The position numbers were made by a program, and so were the translations under genes. DNA of 64,000 bases, from contig NC_043011.1 of assembly GCF_006345805.1 (NCBI RefSeq), positions 16,318,464 through 16,382,463 on the forward strand. The letters run 5' to 3'. The notes below the pieces were generated by a model. That model saw only the letters and a list, made by a program, of their open reading frames with translations. It was not told the DNA's origin and ran no database searches. Below are positions 1 through 12,426 of this stretch, piece after piece. This DNA comes from Octopus sinensis. Taxonomy: Eukaryota. Within the stretch, counting starts at the first letter, position 1; the number at the start of each line of letters is the position of its first letter.

Positions 1-231
1 TATACTCCGGAGACGTACTTACCCAACAAGTGATTGATCTGATATGGTATGTTGAAGCTAAACCAATTACAGTGTGAAGACACATATTAGGCTATATGTG
101 AAAAATCTGTTTACCACACATAGGAATTATTTTTTATTTGGTATCAATATTTTCGTCAAACTAATTGCTGCCTACTCACATAACCTTTCTTCTTCCTTCT
201 CGCAGTGTGAGCTGTTTGCATGTATGCACGC

Positions 232-275
<44 letters not shown>

Positions 276-293
276 ATATATATATACATATGG

Positions 294-326
<33 letters not shown>

Positions 327-328
<2 letters not shown>

Positions 329-570
329 TAAAAACGGTAAGATAACAAAAGAAAGAAAGCGACCTCAATTTTATGTAAATAGAGGACATTTTCATGGTAG
401 TATCCTTACGTGCAAAAAAAGGATGCCTTGCCTATTAGTATCCTAATTATATATATATAGTCATTTTTCATAGCGTTTTTCAGATGGCGAGATTACCGAA
501 GAGATGGTGTTGTGGATTTTCACATCGGCATCGGAAACTCAGAGTTGTATCTTGGCTTCCGAATAATTGT
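327..570 (+). repeat. Remnant of a (TA)n-embedded terminal-repeat family (family A, probably a PLE pseudo-LTR)
   Basis: GGTAAAAACGGTAAGATAACAAAAGAAAGAAAG.GACCTCAAT recurs at about 6069 (+) and about 8230-8294 (-). GAGATG.TGTTGTGGATTT..CGGCATC.GAAACTCAGAGTT is shared with 6225-6270. Flanked by (TA)n on both sides. Confidence 0.7.
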
Positions 571-577
571 CACATTT

Positions 578-655
<78 letters not shown>

Positions 656-1233
656 GGAAGATACAATCTGTATCTACATTTAAAATGTAATGTTATGAAC
701 CATAAAATCCAGCACAACAATATGCGTGCGAGTATGTGTGAGTGTAAATTTAGAGAGAGAGAGATAGAGGTTCTAGGAAAGAGTATACAAGAGCGAAAAC
801 AGAAATGCATTCGTTTTCAACCAAAATTTTAAAGGAATACACCACTAAAATATATGAATATATGATACAATCTACAGCAATGCTTTAAATAGCTACCACC
901 CAAGAGTTACGTTTCATCCTTATGATAATATCACTAATAAATCGATAAACCTAAGAGCGGGTCTCTACCAGGTGGTTTGAACTTTTAAGGCACACATGCA
1001 GCCTTCAAACTGTATAGCCTAATGCTTTAATTAGGATACTAATAGGCAAGACATCTTTTTTTGTGCGCAAGGATATTACTATGCAAATGAAAAGTTGGTT
1101 ATGATTAGAACACATTTTATTATTGACCTAGTGAATCGACGCTGATCTGAGGATGGATAACCACTTTCTAATACATCGATGAGCAGAAAGCGAATCAATA
1201 AAACAGTGATATTAACAAAAATAGCAGTTATAT

Positions 1234-1278
<45 letters not shown>

Positions 1279-1299
1279 AGCAGGAATACGATTCATGTG

Positions 1300-3975
1300 T
1301 ATTTGCATGCCATCCACTGTATGAATGACTAAGTCACAGTCATCGGTATAAAGAAGGTCACGAATAAGAGACTGGAAAACTTTTGAATTGGCAGCAAATC
1401 GGCATAGATTAAAGAGGCAGCCACGAGATCAATACCTGACATATTTTCCCAGAGAGCTAACCTTAGCAAAAACATGAGTAAAAGCAGCAGCAAGATACAA
1501 AGAAAAGAGAGTTGAAGCAAAGATGTTCTCTTGTTTGACACCATACTTTACATGAATGGGTCATGCCATTCCACCACCAACATTGACCGAAGCCGCCAGA
1601 TCATCATGAAATGGTTTAATTATAGATAAAAAGCGATCCAGACATCCAAGTTTGCCTAATATTTTCCCTGGCAAAGTCATATTCACATTATGAAAGGCCT
1701 TGGTTAAATGAAAGAATAGCTGGACAAGATCCATATTCTGTTCATAACACTTCTCCTGTATCTGTCTTGCTGCGAAGATCATATCCACAGTCCCTCTACC
1801 AGATCGAAAGCCATATTGAGATTCAGATAGGACATCATTTACGAGGCACACATTCAAGCGGATAAGAAGCATATTTGCCGGAACATTCTCAGCAGCTGAT
1901 AGTAGAGCAATACCTCTGTAGTTACTACACATTGTTCTGGATCCTTTTCTTTTATAGAGAGGAAGAATAATTGCATCCGTCCAGTACTTAAGTATTGTAA
2001 CATCCCTCCAGACTACACTAATAAGTTCATGAAGGGACTATCTCCTCCAGGTGCCCTATCAATATTCAGTTTACTTATTGATGCCATTACCCCATCTATT
2101 GAGGGCCTGGAATTTAAGTAGCCAATGATAGGTCTTTGTTGCATAGTATCAATCACTGTTTCATCCACAACTGACTCGTGGTTGAGGAGTTCAGAGAAGC
2201 GTTCAATCCAGTGACCTGTAATTTTTGCTGATTTTGTAAACAGAGTAGAAGACTCGTTGGAAAGTAAAGGAGGGCTGATGCAGATCTCTTAGGTCCATAC
2301 GCTTACTTCATAAGATGGCAAAATGTCACGCTGTCATTTGCATCGGCAGCAGTCTGGACATCACGAGCAAGATCATCCCGCCAAGTGTTCTGCATCTTTC
2401 TGAGAGATCACTGCAATAGTGATTTTACACTACTAAAGTGGGCAAGTGCTAGATATTTTGTGGCACAGCTGAAAGTCATCTGAGCAGCAATATATTGTGG
2501 GCATAGTGCGTTACAACCAATAGTCACTGAACTTCAGCATCATTTTGATCAAACCAGCCTCTGTGTCTGGTAATAGCATATCCCAGTGCTTCAGCAGCAC
2601 ATTGAAGAATCTGGTCTCGAAGATCTTCCCATACTGTAGTATTTTCAATGTAGACAAGCGAGTCTGAAGATCTTTCTTTAACACAGTATCATATATCTTG
2701 TGGACATTCAGATGCCGTGGAATGCCAACTGGCCCGCTTCTCTCTTTCACTCTAATCATCATCCGAAATTTTGTTCGCATCAGACTGGTGTCTGACCAGG
2801 ATTCCGATCCATGAAAGGACTTGACATTACAAATGTCATATAGGTCACCACAATGGTGGATGATGACACAATCCAGCAAGTGCAAAACTTTAGACCTTGG
2901 ATGCATTCACGTTGTTGTGTAATCGCCTTTCTGCATAAAATGAGTGCTTGCGATGTGAAGTCCATGTTCATTGCAAAGTTCCAGCAGCATAAGACCATTG
3001 CTATTCTTTTTCCCTACGCCAAAATGTCCTAGAGAGTTCCCTGTTTTCCAGTCTGTTCCAACCCTGGCTTTCAAATCCTCCAGCAGAATGACTTTATAAG
3101 AATTGGTGCTTTTCCCAAGTATGGCTCTCAGATTCATTTTTCATTTTTGTTTTCATTTTATCTAGTTTCAGCTCACGAGCTGTGGCCATGCTGGGGCACC
3201 GCCATTCGGTGTTGCTACATGATTTTACTTCACGAATGCTTTTTAGCAATTGACATTTGGTGCATGAGAGAGTTTGATGCAGCTGCCCTCATCTGCGCCT
3301 CCTGTCGTGAAATTGGTTCATATGGGACACCTGACAGGTAGAAGTCCAGTTTCAATTTAAATACATCTGAATCCACCCCATGCCGGTCTCTCAGGTCCTT
3401 CGGGAGGATATTGAAGAGCTGTGGACCTCTGAAGACCAGGCTATCACAGTATCTTGTTCTACATCTTGATAGCAAATTTGGAGTCCTTGGTACTATGCAG
3501 TGGTGCCCAGTTCTAGTATTTGTGTAACTCTCGATGCCAAAATTTGGGGCAAGTCCTTCCAGGATCTTCCAGATGTATATTATGGCATATCTATGGGTAT
3601 AAAAATAGTTTTATCTTCATCACAACTAGTCAAATTGGGTGCATAGACACTTATTAGAGTAGCAAACCGCCCACCTGCCAGGTGCAATCATAGAGTCATT
3701 AGGCATTCATTTAGAGGAACTGGGAGCTCCTCCAAATTCTTAAGGATATCAGATCGAACTTCAAAGCCAACACCAGCCTCTCTGTGCTCCTCTTTCTTCC
3801 TCCTCTTCCGGAAAAGGTGTATCCAACTCCTACTTCCTCAAGCTGACCATCACCTTCAATACAAGTCACTGAAATTGGAACTATCTCAATGTTATAGCGG
3901 TTCAGCTGGCGAGCAACAAGTGCAGTACATCTTTCAGGCCTACAATTACTCTTATTATCCAACACAGTGCGTACA
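1300..3975 (-). mobile_element. Decayed RTE-clade LINE (APE endonuclease + reverse transcriptase), interrupted by a nested LINE
   Basis: APE motifs (ALVARQLNRYNIEI, ISVYAPN, ILLEDLKARVG, NSNGLMLLELC) and RT motifs (NYRGIALLS, SQYGFRSGRGTVDMIFAARQIQEKC, GVKQ, LLYTDDCDL at about 1340) occur in order on the minus strand, with stops and frameshifts. Confidence 0.92.
3140..3595 (-). mobile_element. 5'-truncated CR1/L2-group LINE 3' end nested in the RTE endonuclease
   Basis: RYAIIYIWKILEGLAPNF...GPQLFNILPKDLRD...FKLKLDFYLSGVPYEP is typical of CR1-group ORF2 C-termini. It is followed by a short 3' UTR and an A-rich tail, and the RTE reading resumes on both sides. Confidence 0.8.
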
Positions 3976-4559
3976 TTCCAACTTGAAACTTTGAAGTTCT
4001 ATCCACATTTTGTTATAAAAAAAAGTCTTTGCTTTTCGAGCGCAGGGTGGACATTCGTGAGTCGTGCTAAACTGACCAGATATAGAAACACATATGTGTG
4101 TATGTGTGTGTGTGCGCGTGCGTGTATGTAACCTGTTCTGTGCAGTCAATATAATTCTTACATTAACTATGAACACAACCATATTCAAACAACTATTACT
4201 GTAAACGACTAAGTGATTAATTCAATCGTAAAATGTATATAATTCATAAGCAGAAACAGGGTTTGAGGCGTGTCAAGTGATAAAATATCAATTAGCTACA
4301 CAATGTCCATATCTGGAGAATATGAACATAAAAAAACTAAGATTTTGAATGTAATAATATCACAATATATTGTAGCCACTACCACTACTACTAATATAAA
4401 AAGAAGTGGAATTAAAAATCAACACTAGAATTACGTTTCGATAGCTATAAAGGTTACTGATATATTAAAAATCCTTATAATAATTATAACACAATTTTAA
4501 CAGTTACCACTACTGCAGGTTTAGTGCAATTATAGCTGTTCACATTTACGCTGCTCTTA

Positions 4560-5300
4560 CAACGATGACACTTGCTACTTAATTGCTAGTCGCAACAGCA
4601 TTTGGTAATCATGAGACAAGCAGTAATCGAAGTTGCCAAATGATTTTGATACATGATTAGGAGGCGAAAAGTATAAAATACAAAATAAGTGGAATGAGCA
4701 ATGCCATAGGATTTTGCTCATTAATAAACTGTAAGAAAGTTTCTTTGTAAGCGCAATATTCACATGTGCCGTTCGATTATTAGAACAATACCCTTTGTAT
4801 TTCAAATGTACAGCAGAGTAATAACTTGAGTCACTTCTGGGGCATTTCTGAGAGATCGGGGTGCTGCTTGTGGTGGAACTACCCAGAAGATCCACATTTT
4901 CAAATTACGTAGAATCCAGTAACTTTTCCATGATAAGTTTATATCCATAGAAGCAATACCATGAACGTACCAAGCATGAATATCGGTAGTAAAATGGTAG
5001 AGATCCAAATGATTACGGGTCTCTATAAATAAACTATATGTGCCGTCTCCTCAGAAGATTCAATCATGGTAAATTTGTATTCGAAGGTTTCTATGATGAT
5101 GGTAATTTCTTGGATGTATTCGAGTGATAGACAAATGCTCCATGTAACTTAAATACATTTGTTCAGTTCTGACTATAAGTTTGTAATTTTTCTGCATTTT
5201 TGGGAGTTGAAAAACTGGAATATCACTCAAGTACTCGTGAATGATTTTATCAAATTTCAAGACACACCAAAGTTTGTAACACTCAACTTAATGTGGAAAT
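4560..5300 (-). pseudogene. Possible degraded membrane-protein pseudogene (weak Cys-loop receptor resemblance)
   Basis: One minus frame gives C-x12-C..VTW, then L*RPVIIWISTILLPIFMLGTFMVLLLWI*TYHGKVTG, resembling the Cys-loop, pre-M1/M1 and M1-M2 linker. Many stops; judged by eye only. Confidence 0.25.
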
Positions 5301-5882
5301 ATTTATTATAGATTCTGTTAGATTAAACATGATGATATATTGTTAATTATTTAGGTAATGCAAAATAGACACGGCATGTATGTGCAATTTTGGTTCGTAT
5401 GTTCGAAACCTCTCAAAAATGTTATTAGGCACGATACGTAGATATATGCTATTATTTACCAAATTTAGCAGTCAAGGGTTAATGATGAATACTTCAAGTG
5501 ACTGAGCTAATACAAGAATAGCAACAACCATAATTATGATTAAAATTTCTCTGCCACCACCAGCACCACCGTGTTCAAAATATCAATGATAGAGACACTA
5601 CTACTGAGATCAATATATTCAATCAAAAGCTGGAGACGAAGGTCAATCGCAATAGTGCAACCACGAAGAACATAAGAATCAACACTATGTGAAGAAAGCA
5701 AGTGTTGATTAAATTAGTAAATATTTACTGGGCAATATAAACTATCTTTTGATTTCGATAGATGATGCATTGATCTTTATGTAGAATTAATACGCCATCT
5801 CTACATTTTTTTTCCGAAACCACATACACGACTTCAATTCAAAATACATAGCTTTCTATGCAAGCCACAATCTTTATTTGTA

Positions 5883-5916
<34 letters not shown>

Positions 5917-6067
5917 AATATATATATATATATTATATATATATATATATATATACATACATATATATATATATGTATATAATATATTATATATATATGT
6001 ATATATTATACTATAATATATATTATATATACATAGGTATATATAAATATATATACATATATACATA

Positions 6068-6300
6068 TTGGCAAAAACGGTAAGATAACAAAAGAAAGAA
6101 AGAGACCTCAATGTTATGTAAATAGAGGAAATTTATCTGTAAATTAACATGTGACAATTATTCAATAGTCAAAATAAAACTCTGAGTTTCGGATGCCGAA
6201 GTGGAAATCCGTCAGATAACCGAAGAGATGCTGTTGTGGATTTCCACTTCGGCATCCGAAACTCAGAGTTTTATTTTGACTATTGAATAATTGCCACAGA
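6068..6300. repeat. Family A remnant with a perfect ~56-bp-arm hairpin
   Basis: CAATTATTCAATAGTC...GTGGAAATCC (about 6155-6210) is the reverse complement of GGATTTCCAC...GAATAATTG (6238-6293), with a 27-nt loop. (TA)n on both sides. Confidence 0.9.
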
Positions 6301-6314
6301 ATTGTTACAGATAA

Positions 6315-6374
<60 letters not shown>

Positions 6375-6559
6375 AATAATATATATATATGTATATATAT
6401 ATATATATGCACAAACGAACGGAAAATTCTATACTGATTGCACAAACGGCTGAGATACTGAGACACACCCCTTGCTGGTTGTGCCTATGCAAGTAGCAGT
6501 GAATACTGGACCAAGAACAAGCAATGCATAGTTAACAGGCTAAACAGAAGTAGTCATAC

Positions 6560-7420
6560 GAAAGTGAATAAATGTAATTCAAGACGATGGACGGAAAACA
6601 AAATAAATAACAAACGAACAGAATATAGCCTTAGAGCCAAAGGAAAGAATGGTGGGTAACGCTTAGGAGGCAACTCTAAAGGATTAAAAAGGCAACAAAT
6701 TACCTGATTGGTACCAGTAGGGACTAGAGAATTTACGACCGGTCAGCTACGCGACCGGTGTAAAAAAGCGCGAAAAAGAAGGTTGGTCTCGGGTCCCGTG
6801 ACAGCATCAAGCAGAGAAGAAAGAGGTTTAGAGAGAGAGAGAGAGGTAGGAGAGAAAAGGAAAGCAATGAAGAGAAGAAAAAGGAGAAAGAAGAAAAGCT
6901 AGAAACAGAAATAAGGGGGTGAGAGGCAAAAGGGAGGAGACTAAAAGAAGAAAAGAGGAAGAGGCCGAGCTAGGCGTAGATGCCACGCAGATATATAAAC
7001 AACTTACTGTTAATAAAAACCCGAGTGGGTTGCGTTCCATTCCTAAATCACTAAAAAATGTATAGTAAATGACCCAATGAAAAGTAAAATACGTATAATG
7101 AATACACAAACATGGGAACCTATATTGAGTGCGCAAACATTTTTTTTACTTACTAAGTAACAGATCGCAACACACTCTGGTTTTTATTAACGGTAAGTTA
7201 TTTATATGTCTGTGCGACTTCTATTCCTAGACTGACCCATTTCCTTTTTCTCCTCGTCTCTTCCCTTTTTCTTCTCCCACCCTCTTCTATTTCTAGCCTC
7301 TCTTCTTTTCATTTTCCCTCTACGTCCCTTCCCTTTCCTCTCTCCCTCACTCTCCCCCCTCTCTCTTTGTTATTTGTTTGTTTTTGTCCTTCGTTCATCG
7401 TCTTGAATTACATTTGTTCA
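6560..7420. repeat. Large diverged fold-back (inverted repeat) element
   Basis: Inverted matches: 6563-6615 vs 7368-7420 (AAGTGAA.AAATGTAATTCAAGACGATG), purine tract 6830-6960 vs pyrimidine tract 7238-7366, and 6962-7034 vs 7166-7237. Confidence 0.8.
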
Positions 7421-7762
7421 CTTGCCTATGTCCACCTCTGTATCGCCTGTCATATATGTATTCTTCATTCTTGGTTCAATATTCTCCGCAACTTCTGCGA
7501 GCACTGCCAGCAAGGGGAATATCTCAGTCTTATAATAAATGGTGCGAAACTGAGGAATACCATTTGGTTGATAACTGATGAAGGATTAGGAATCTCTTGG
7601 GATTGTTTTCCATCCGTTTGTGCACTCAATACATGTTTTTCCCCTTCAAAAGTGCATTCATTATACGTTATTTTACTTTGCGTTTGTGACATATTTCAAC
7701 TGCTACAGGACAAATACAATGCAATTAACGTGACGAAAATAGCTCTCTTGTCGTAAAAGGTG

Positions 7763-7866
<104 letters not shown>

Positions 7867-7879
7867 TTGAAATTTACAG

Positions 7880-8050
7880 AAAAACAAAAGACGTAGACAT
7901 GTGTATGAACAACAAGCAGGCGTATTAGTATCACGGTCTGGAGAGTGAGTAAGTCTTTAAAGTTTCGAGCCTACGCTCTTTAACAGAAAGGAACACGAGG
8001 AAATAAACAGTGAGATAAAAAAATTGTGGATTTAGCAGTCAATCATGGCG
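7880..8050 (-). repeat. Family B terminal-repeat remnant with a hammerhead-like motif (CUGUU core)
   Basis: Minus strand reads CTTTCTGTTAAAGAGCGTAGGCTCGAAACTTTAAAG at about 7954-7990. Homologous to 24500-24710 and 44500-44690. Confidence 0.65.
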
Positions 8051-8075
8051 ATACATATATGTGTATGCATATACA

Positions 8076-8114
<39 letters not shown>

Positions 8115-8134
8115 ATATATATATATATAATATA

Positions 8135-8291
8135 TATAAAATAATATGTTACATTTACTCAATAGTCAAGATAAAACTCAGAGTTTTATCATGACTATTG
8201 AGTAAATGTAACATATTATTTTATAGATAAATTTCCTCTATTTACATAATATTGATGTCTCTTTCTTTCTTTTGTTATCTTACCGTTTTTA

Positions 8292-8294
<3 letters not shown>
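8135..8294. repeat. Family A remnant with a ~45-bp-arm hairpin centred at 8180
   Basis: TAAAATAATATGTTACATTTACTCAATAGTCA.GATAAAACTC-A-GAGTTTTATC.TGACTATTGAGTAAATGTAACATATTATTTTA, flanked by (TA)n. Confidence 0.9.
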
Positions 8295-8348
<54 letters not shown>

Positions 8349-8959
8349 TATATATATATATATAGAGAGAGAGATAGATAGATATATAAGTACATACACA
8401 CACACTCACACACACACGTCGGACTTCTTTCAATTGCCGTCTAATGAATCCACTCACAATCTCTGGTTGGCCTGAGGTTATAGTAGAAGACACATTGTGC
8501 AAGTTGTTACGCTGTGGGGCTTCTTACCACATTGCTATATCTGCACCTATATGTGTGTGTGTGTGTGTGCGTGCATGTATATATATGTACATATATATAT
8601 ATATGTAGAGAGGGAGGGAGGAATAGAGAGAGAGAGAAGTAGAGAGAGAGAGTGAAAAAGAGAGAGATAGAGAGTGGAAGAGACTTGCCGAAACTACATT
8701 TGTAAGTTGTTTAGTATTTCAGCCATTTTCACTTTCTAACAATCAACTATATTCATGTATGCTTTTTAACCAACTGCTTTCTATTTGTAAATGAATCACT
8801 GAGATAGACACTTCACGTCTCTTATAACGTGCAGTTAAACAAGTACAAGCCTACCATCCTAGCCAGAAATGTAACTAACCAGTCAAATACATACTATATT
8901 ACAGCATATGGTTTTAATTACATTCCCGTATACACATGCAGTTTTGCATTCACATTCAG

Positions 8960-9375
8960 ATATATGCACACGCTTTGCTTTGACAGATCCCTTCCTTATG
9001 AAAGGTGCACAATCACAAATTAGACATACAAGAATGGTGAACCAATTGCAGTCAATCTGCAACTGTCAGATCTTCAGTGAGAGTTGAGTACCAAGTTGCT
9101 GTAGAATTTTCAGGTAATACTTGCTTTTTTTGTATGCGTTGGCCTTTGAAATGCAGAGTAAAATATATATGCACACGCTTTGCCTTGCCAGATTCCTTCC
9201 TTATGAAAGAAGCGCAAATACAAATTAGACATACAAGCATGGTGAACCAATTGCAGTCAATCAATAACTGTCACATAAAGAACTTTAGTAAGTGTTAAGT
9301 ACCAAGTTGCTGTTGAAATTTCAGGTAATACTTGCTTTTTTTGTATGCATTGGCCTTTGAAATGCAGAGTAAAAT
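8960..9375. repeat. Tandem duplication, two copies of a ~205-210 bp unit
   Basis: 8960-9164 and 9165-9375 both start ATATATGCACACGCTTTGC and end GGCCTTTGAAATGCAGAGTAAAAT, with scattered substitutions. Confidence 0.92.
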
Positions 9376-10595
9376 TCGACGATCAGCCGATAATTTTTCT
9401 TGAAATCGCTATTTAATAAGGAGAATCTTCAACTCACGTAAACAACACATCATATAATATTCTTAAAAACGACAGCGCTACATGCATAACGTTGTACCCT
9501 ATAGCCGAATCCTAAAAAAGAAATAAAACACAATTGTAATTGCAGGAAACACCTTAGTGACAGATCTCGTCTATTTGAACTGACATAAAATAAAGAACAA
9601 CTGGTCTTAGCTCTTGTCATATCATGCAACCATTGCCCGTGGTCGAATGCATCGTTGTAAGTTAAGTCTCTTTACTTATTCGGTTCAGATTTCGCTGTGA
9701 ATGACAGTACAGTACACCACTGCAGATTCCATAAAATAAATGTCAGTAATATTCCAAGTCGATTTAATCGAGCATACTTTATATCTGTGTATCAATATAC
9801 GAAATCTGTACCAAGATTTTAAATCACATACAGATTTACATTTGATGATCTTGAAAACCGTTTATAACTTGCTGGAATTTACCAGCGAAGCGAAGTGAAG
9901 AGCATTTAGCTGTCTATTGAAAGATTATTGCTTTTGCCAATATAAGATGTATTGCAAAATATCACTGCTTTCATATTGATGTATAGTTTCAGCTAGTGAG
10001 GATTGGGACTTTTGAATATAATTCTCAGAAGTATTAACTACACATAGGGTGATCTATGATGGCTGTAACTAAAGATCGAAATTGGTTCTTGACCTCCATT
10101 AACTAAATTATATATGACAAACGTCGTTTCTATAAATATCAGCTAAACATTACACTCGTCTTTTGAATGTGCCCCAAATATTCTAGCACTCTTTACACAA
10201 AAGTCAATAACCCGAGTAATCGTTAGTCTAAAAATATGAAATATCAAACGTGTGTTTTAAAAATATTTTTGTTCCATTGCTTTCATTTTAATGTATAACA
10301 TAAGTACACGATGTTATATTTAGTTAATAGCTTTGTGTTGAATGATTGTCTGGAAATAATTGTATATTACAAAATTAATCCTATATTTCGCTAAATGAAG
10401 AGCATATAATTGAGATATTTTTTCTTATTTCTCGTTGCATCAAATAACTCTTATATTTACTCGGTGAACCAGACGGAATTTACTATGAAGTTATACATTT
10501 TGACGTGTTGACTGAAATGCATTTTTAGATAATGTATTTGGCAGGCTGTTACTAGTAAACGAAATACAAATAAATGCTACTGCAAACACATTTAT

Positions 10596-10658
10596 GTGTT
10601 CTCGCATGTGTATATAAGTGTGTGCGTATGTATACAATTGTATGTATGTAAATATATA

Positions 10659-10719
<61 letters not shown>

Positions 10720-10812
10720 ATATACATGAATATATATGTGTATATGTATACATAACTATATCTATCTATCTATGTATCTATCTATCTATCTATCTATATA
10801 TATATATATATA

Positions 10813-10852
<40 letters not shown>

Positions 10853-10905
10853 TATACATATACACATAAATATATATGTGTATATGTATGCACACACATA
10901 CATAT

Positions 10906-10948
<43 letters not shown>

Positions 10949-11000
10949 TATATATATATATATAATATATATATATATATGTATACATATATATGTATGT
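10596..11000. repeat. Compound (TA)n/(TCTA)n microsatellite, one of dozens in the window
   Basis: Directly visible; accounts for the YI/IY-repeat ORFs. Confidence 0.97.
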
Positions 11001-12192
11001 ATGTCTACCTATCTCCCATTGTACCGTTTATCTAACATTAAAAGTAAAAGTATGTTTGGTTCAAAACGAAAATATGTTAGATGCCAGAGTAATCTGTCGA
11101 CACATAGATAAATGCATTTAATAGAAAGCAATTTTGTACTAAATTATATGTTACCCATTTGAGAAGTGAATACAACAAATACTTTGCAACTATTACAAGT
11201 GACAGTTAAAGTATTTGAAGAGATATTAGTGTGAAGTGACAAGAAAACAGTAAGAAACATATTTTACCAGTAATAATTCTAGAAAAACTTTTTCTGTTGG
11301 TGTAAATAGAAAACTCTGTGTTTTACTATCTGACAAATGCTGTAAGATAGAAAAATAATATTACTTATATTTAATCGCGAAACAGATTTTAAAGTTGCAA
11401 TCTTAGCCTGCGGATATATTTCTAGTAGGAGCTTAATCACAAACGAAAGTGTATAATCTCAAATAAGTTGATATATTACTTATTTCTGGGGCTATATAAA
11501 ATCACCTTTTCTCTTGTGTATTATGGCTCCTATAAAATATAATTAATTATACATAAAACACCAGTCTGCAAAACTTTGAACAATAAAGCAGGAAGTACAA
11601 TCCAATATCATCATATGTTCTAGTTTTAATGTATTTATATATGCGAGTTTCGAATGATGCACTTATTTACTAAATCATTTCTAGGTGAGACAAGTAGTTA
11701 AGGCATCACAATAGTCGAGCACTTATTTCAATCTGTAGGTTCAATTAACACATTTTCCCGAGCTATTTTAATTTTCGACCGTTTTGAGAATCCATTGTTA
11801 TCCAGTAGAATTTCTCTTTAGTTAGAAATTATACTCACTTAATTACTTGTCAAGTAGCCAAATGACACTAATCATCACCAGCAGCTACAGTGGATATATT
11901 TTAAATTAATAGTCATGTGATAACACAGCAGGAGTATAGGAATCTTCTTTTGAGAAGTCCAATGCGTTTCCAACATAGTTTGCCACAAATAATCACTATA
12001 ACAGTGTTAAAATTATTCAGTTTAAACACTTAAAAGTGCGTAAATTCAAATAAACCCCGTTGCGTAAATTCGCACAACTTTCAAATGCGAGAATTAGTAT
12101 TCAAATTTTGACAAATCACCTCCTCGTCGCCAACACTAACTGTATCACCTTGAGTGTTCCACATAGTCTAGTTTTACTTTTCTTCTCTACAC

Positions 12193-12426
12193 AAGCAGGC
12201 GAGCTGGCAAAAACGTTAGCACGCCGGGCGAAATGCGTAGCCGTATTTTGTCTGCCGCTACGTTCTGAGTTCAAATTCCGCCGAGGTCGACTTTGGTTTT
12301 CATCCTTTCGAGGTCGATTAAATAAGTACCAGTTAGGCACTGGGGTCGATATAATCGACTTAATCCGTTTGTCTGTCCTTGTTTGTCCTCTCTGTGCTTA
12401 GCCCCTTATGGGTAGTAAAGAAATAG
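12193..12426 (+). mobile_element. tRNA-derived SINE, family 1
   Basis: A-box-like GAGCTGGCA..CGTTAG, B-box GAGTTCAAATTCC, central GTCGACTTT..TTTCATCCTTTCG.GGTCGAT.AAATAAGTACCAG. Closely matches 51284-51516. Confidence 0.9.

Noticed and set aside
1140-1170. CTGAGGA hammerhead-like core
   Set aside because: No GAAA or stem III downstream.
8960-9375. CRISPR-like or other spacer array
   Set aside because: Two long near-identical units without unique spacers, in a eukaryotic context with no cas genes anywhere in the window.
10596-11111. 171-aa ORF and the many other YI/IY, CV/VC, HT/TH ORFs across the window
   Set aside because: Stop-free readings of (TA)n, (CA)n and (GATA)n microsatellites.
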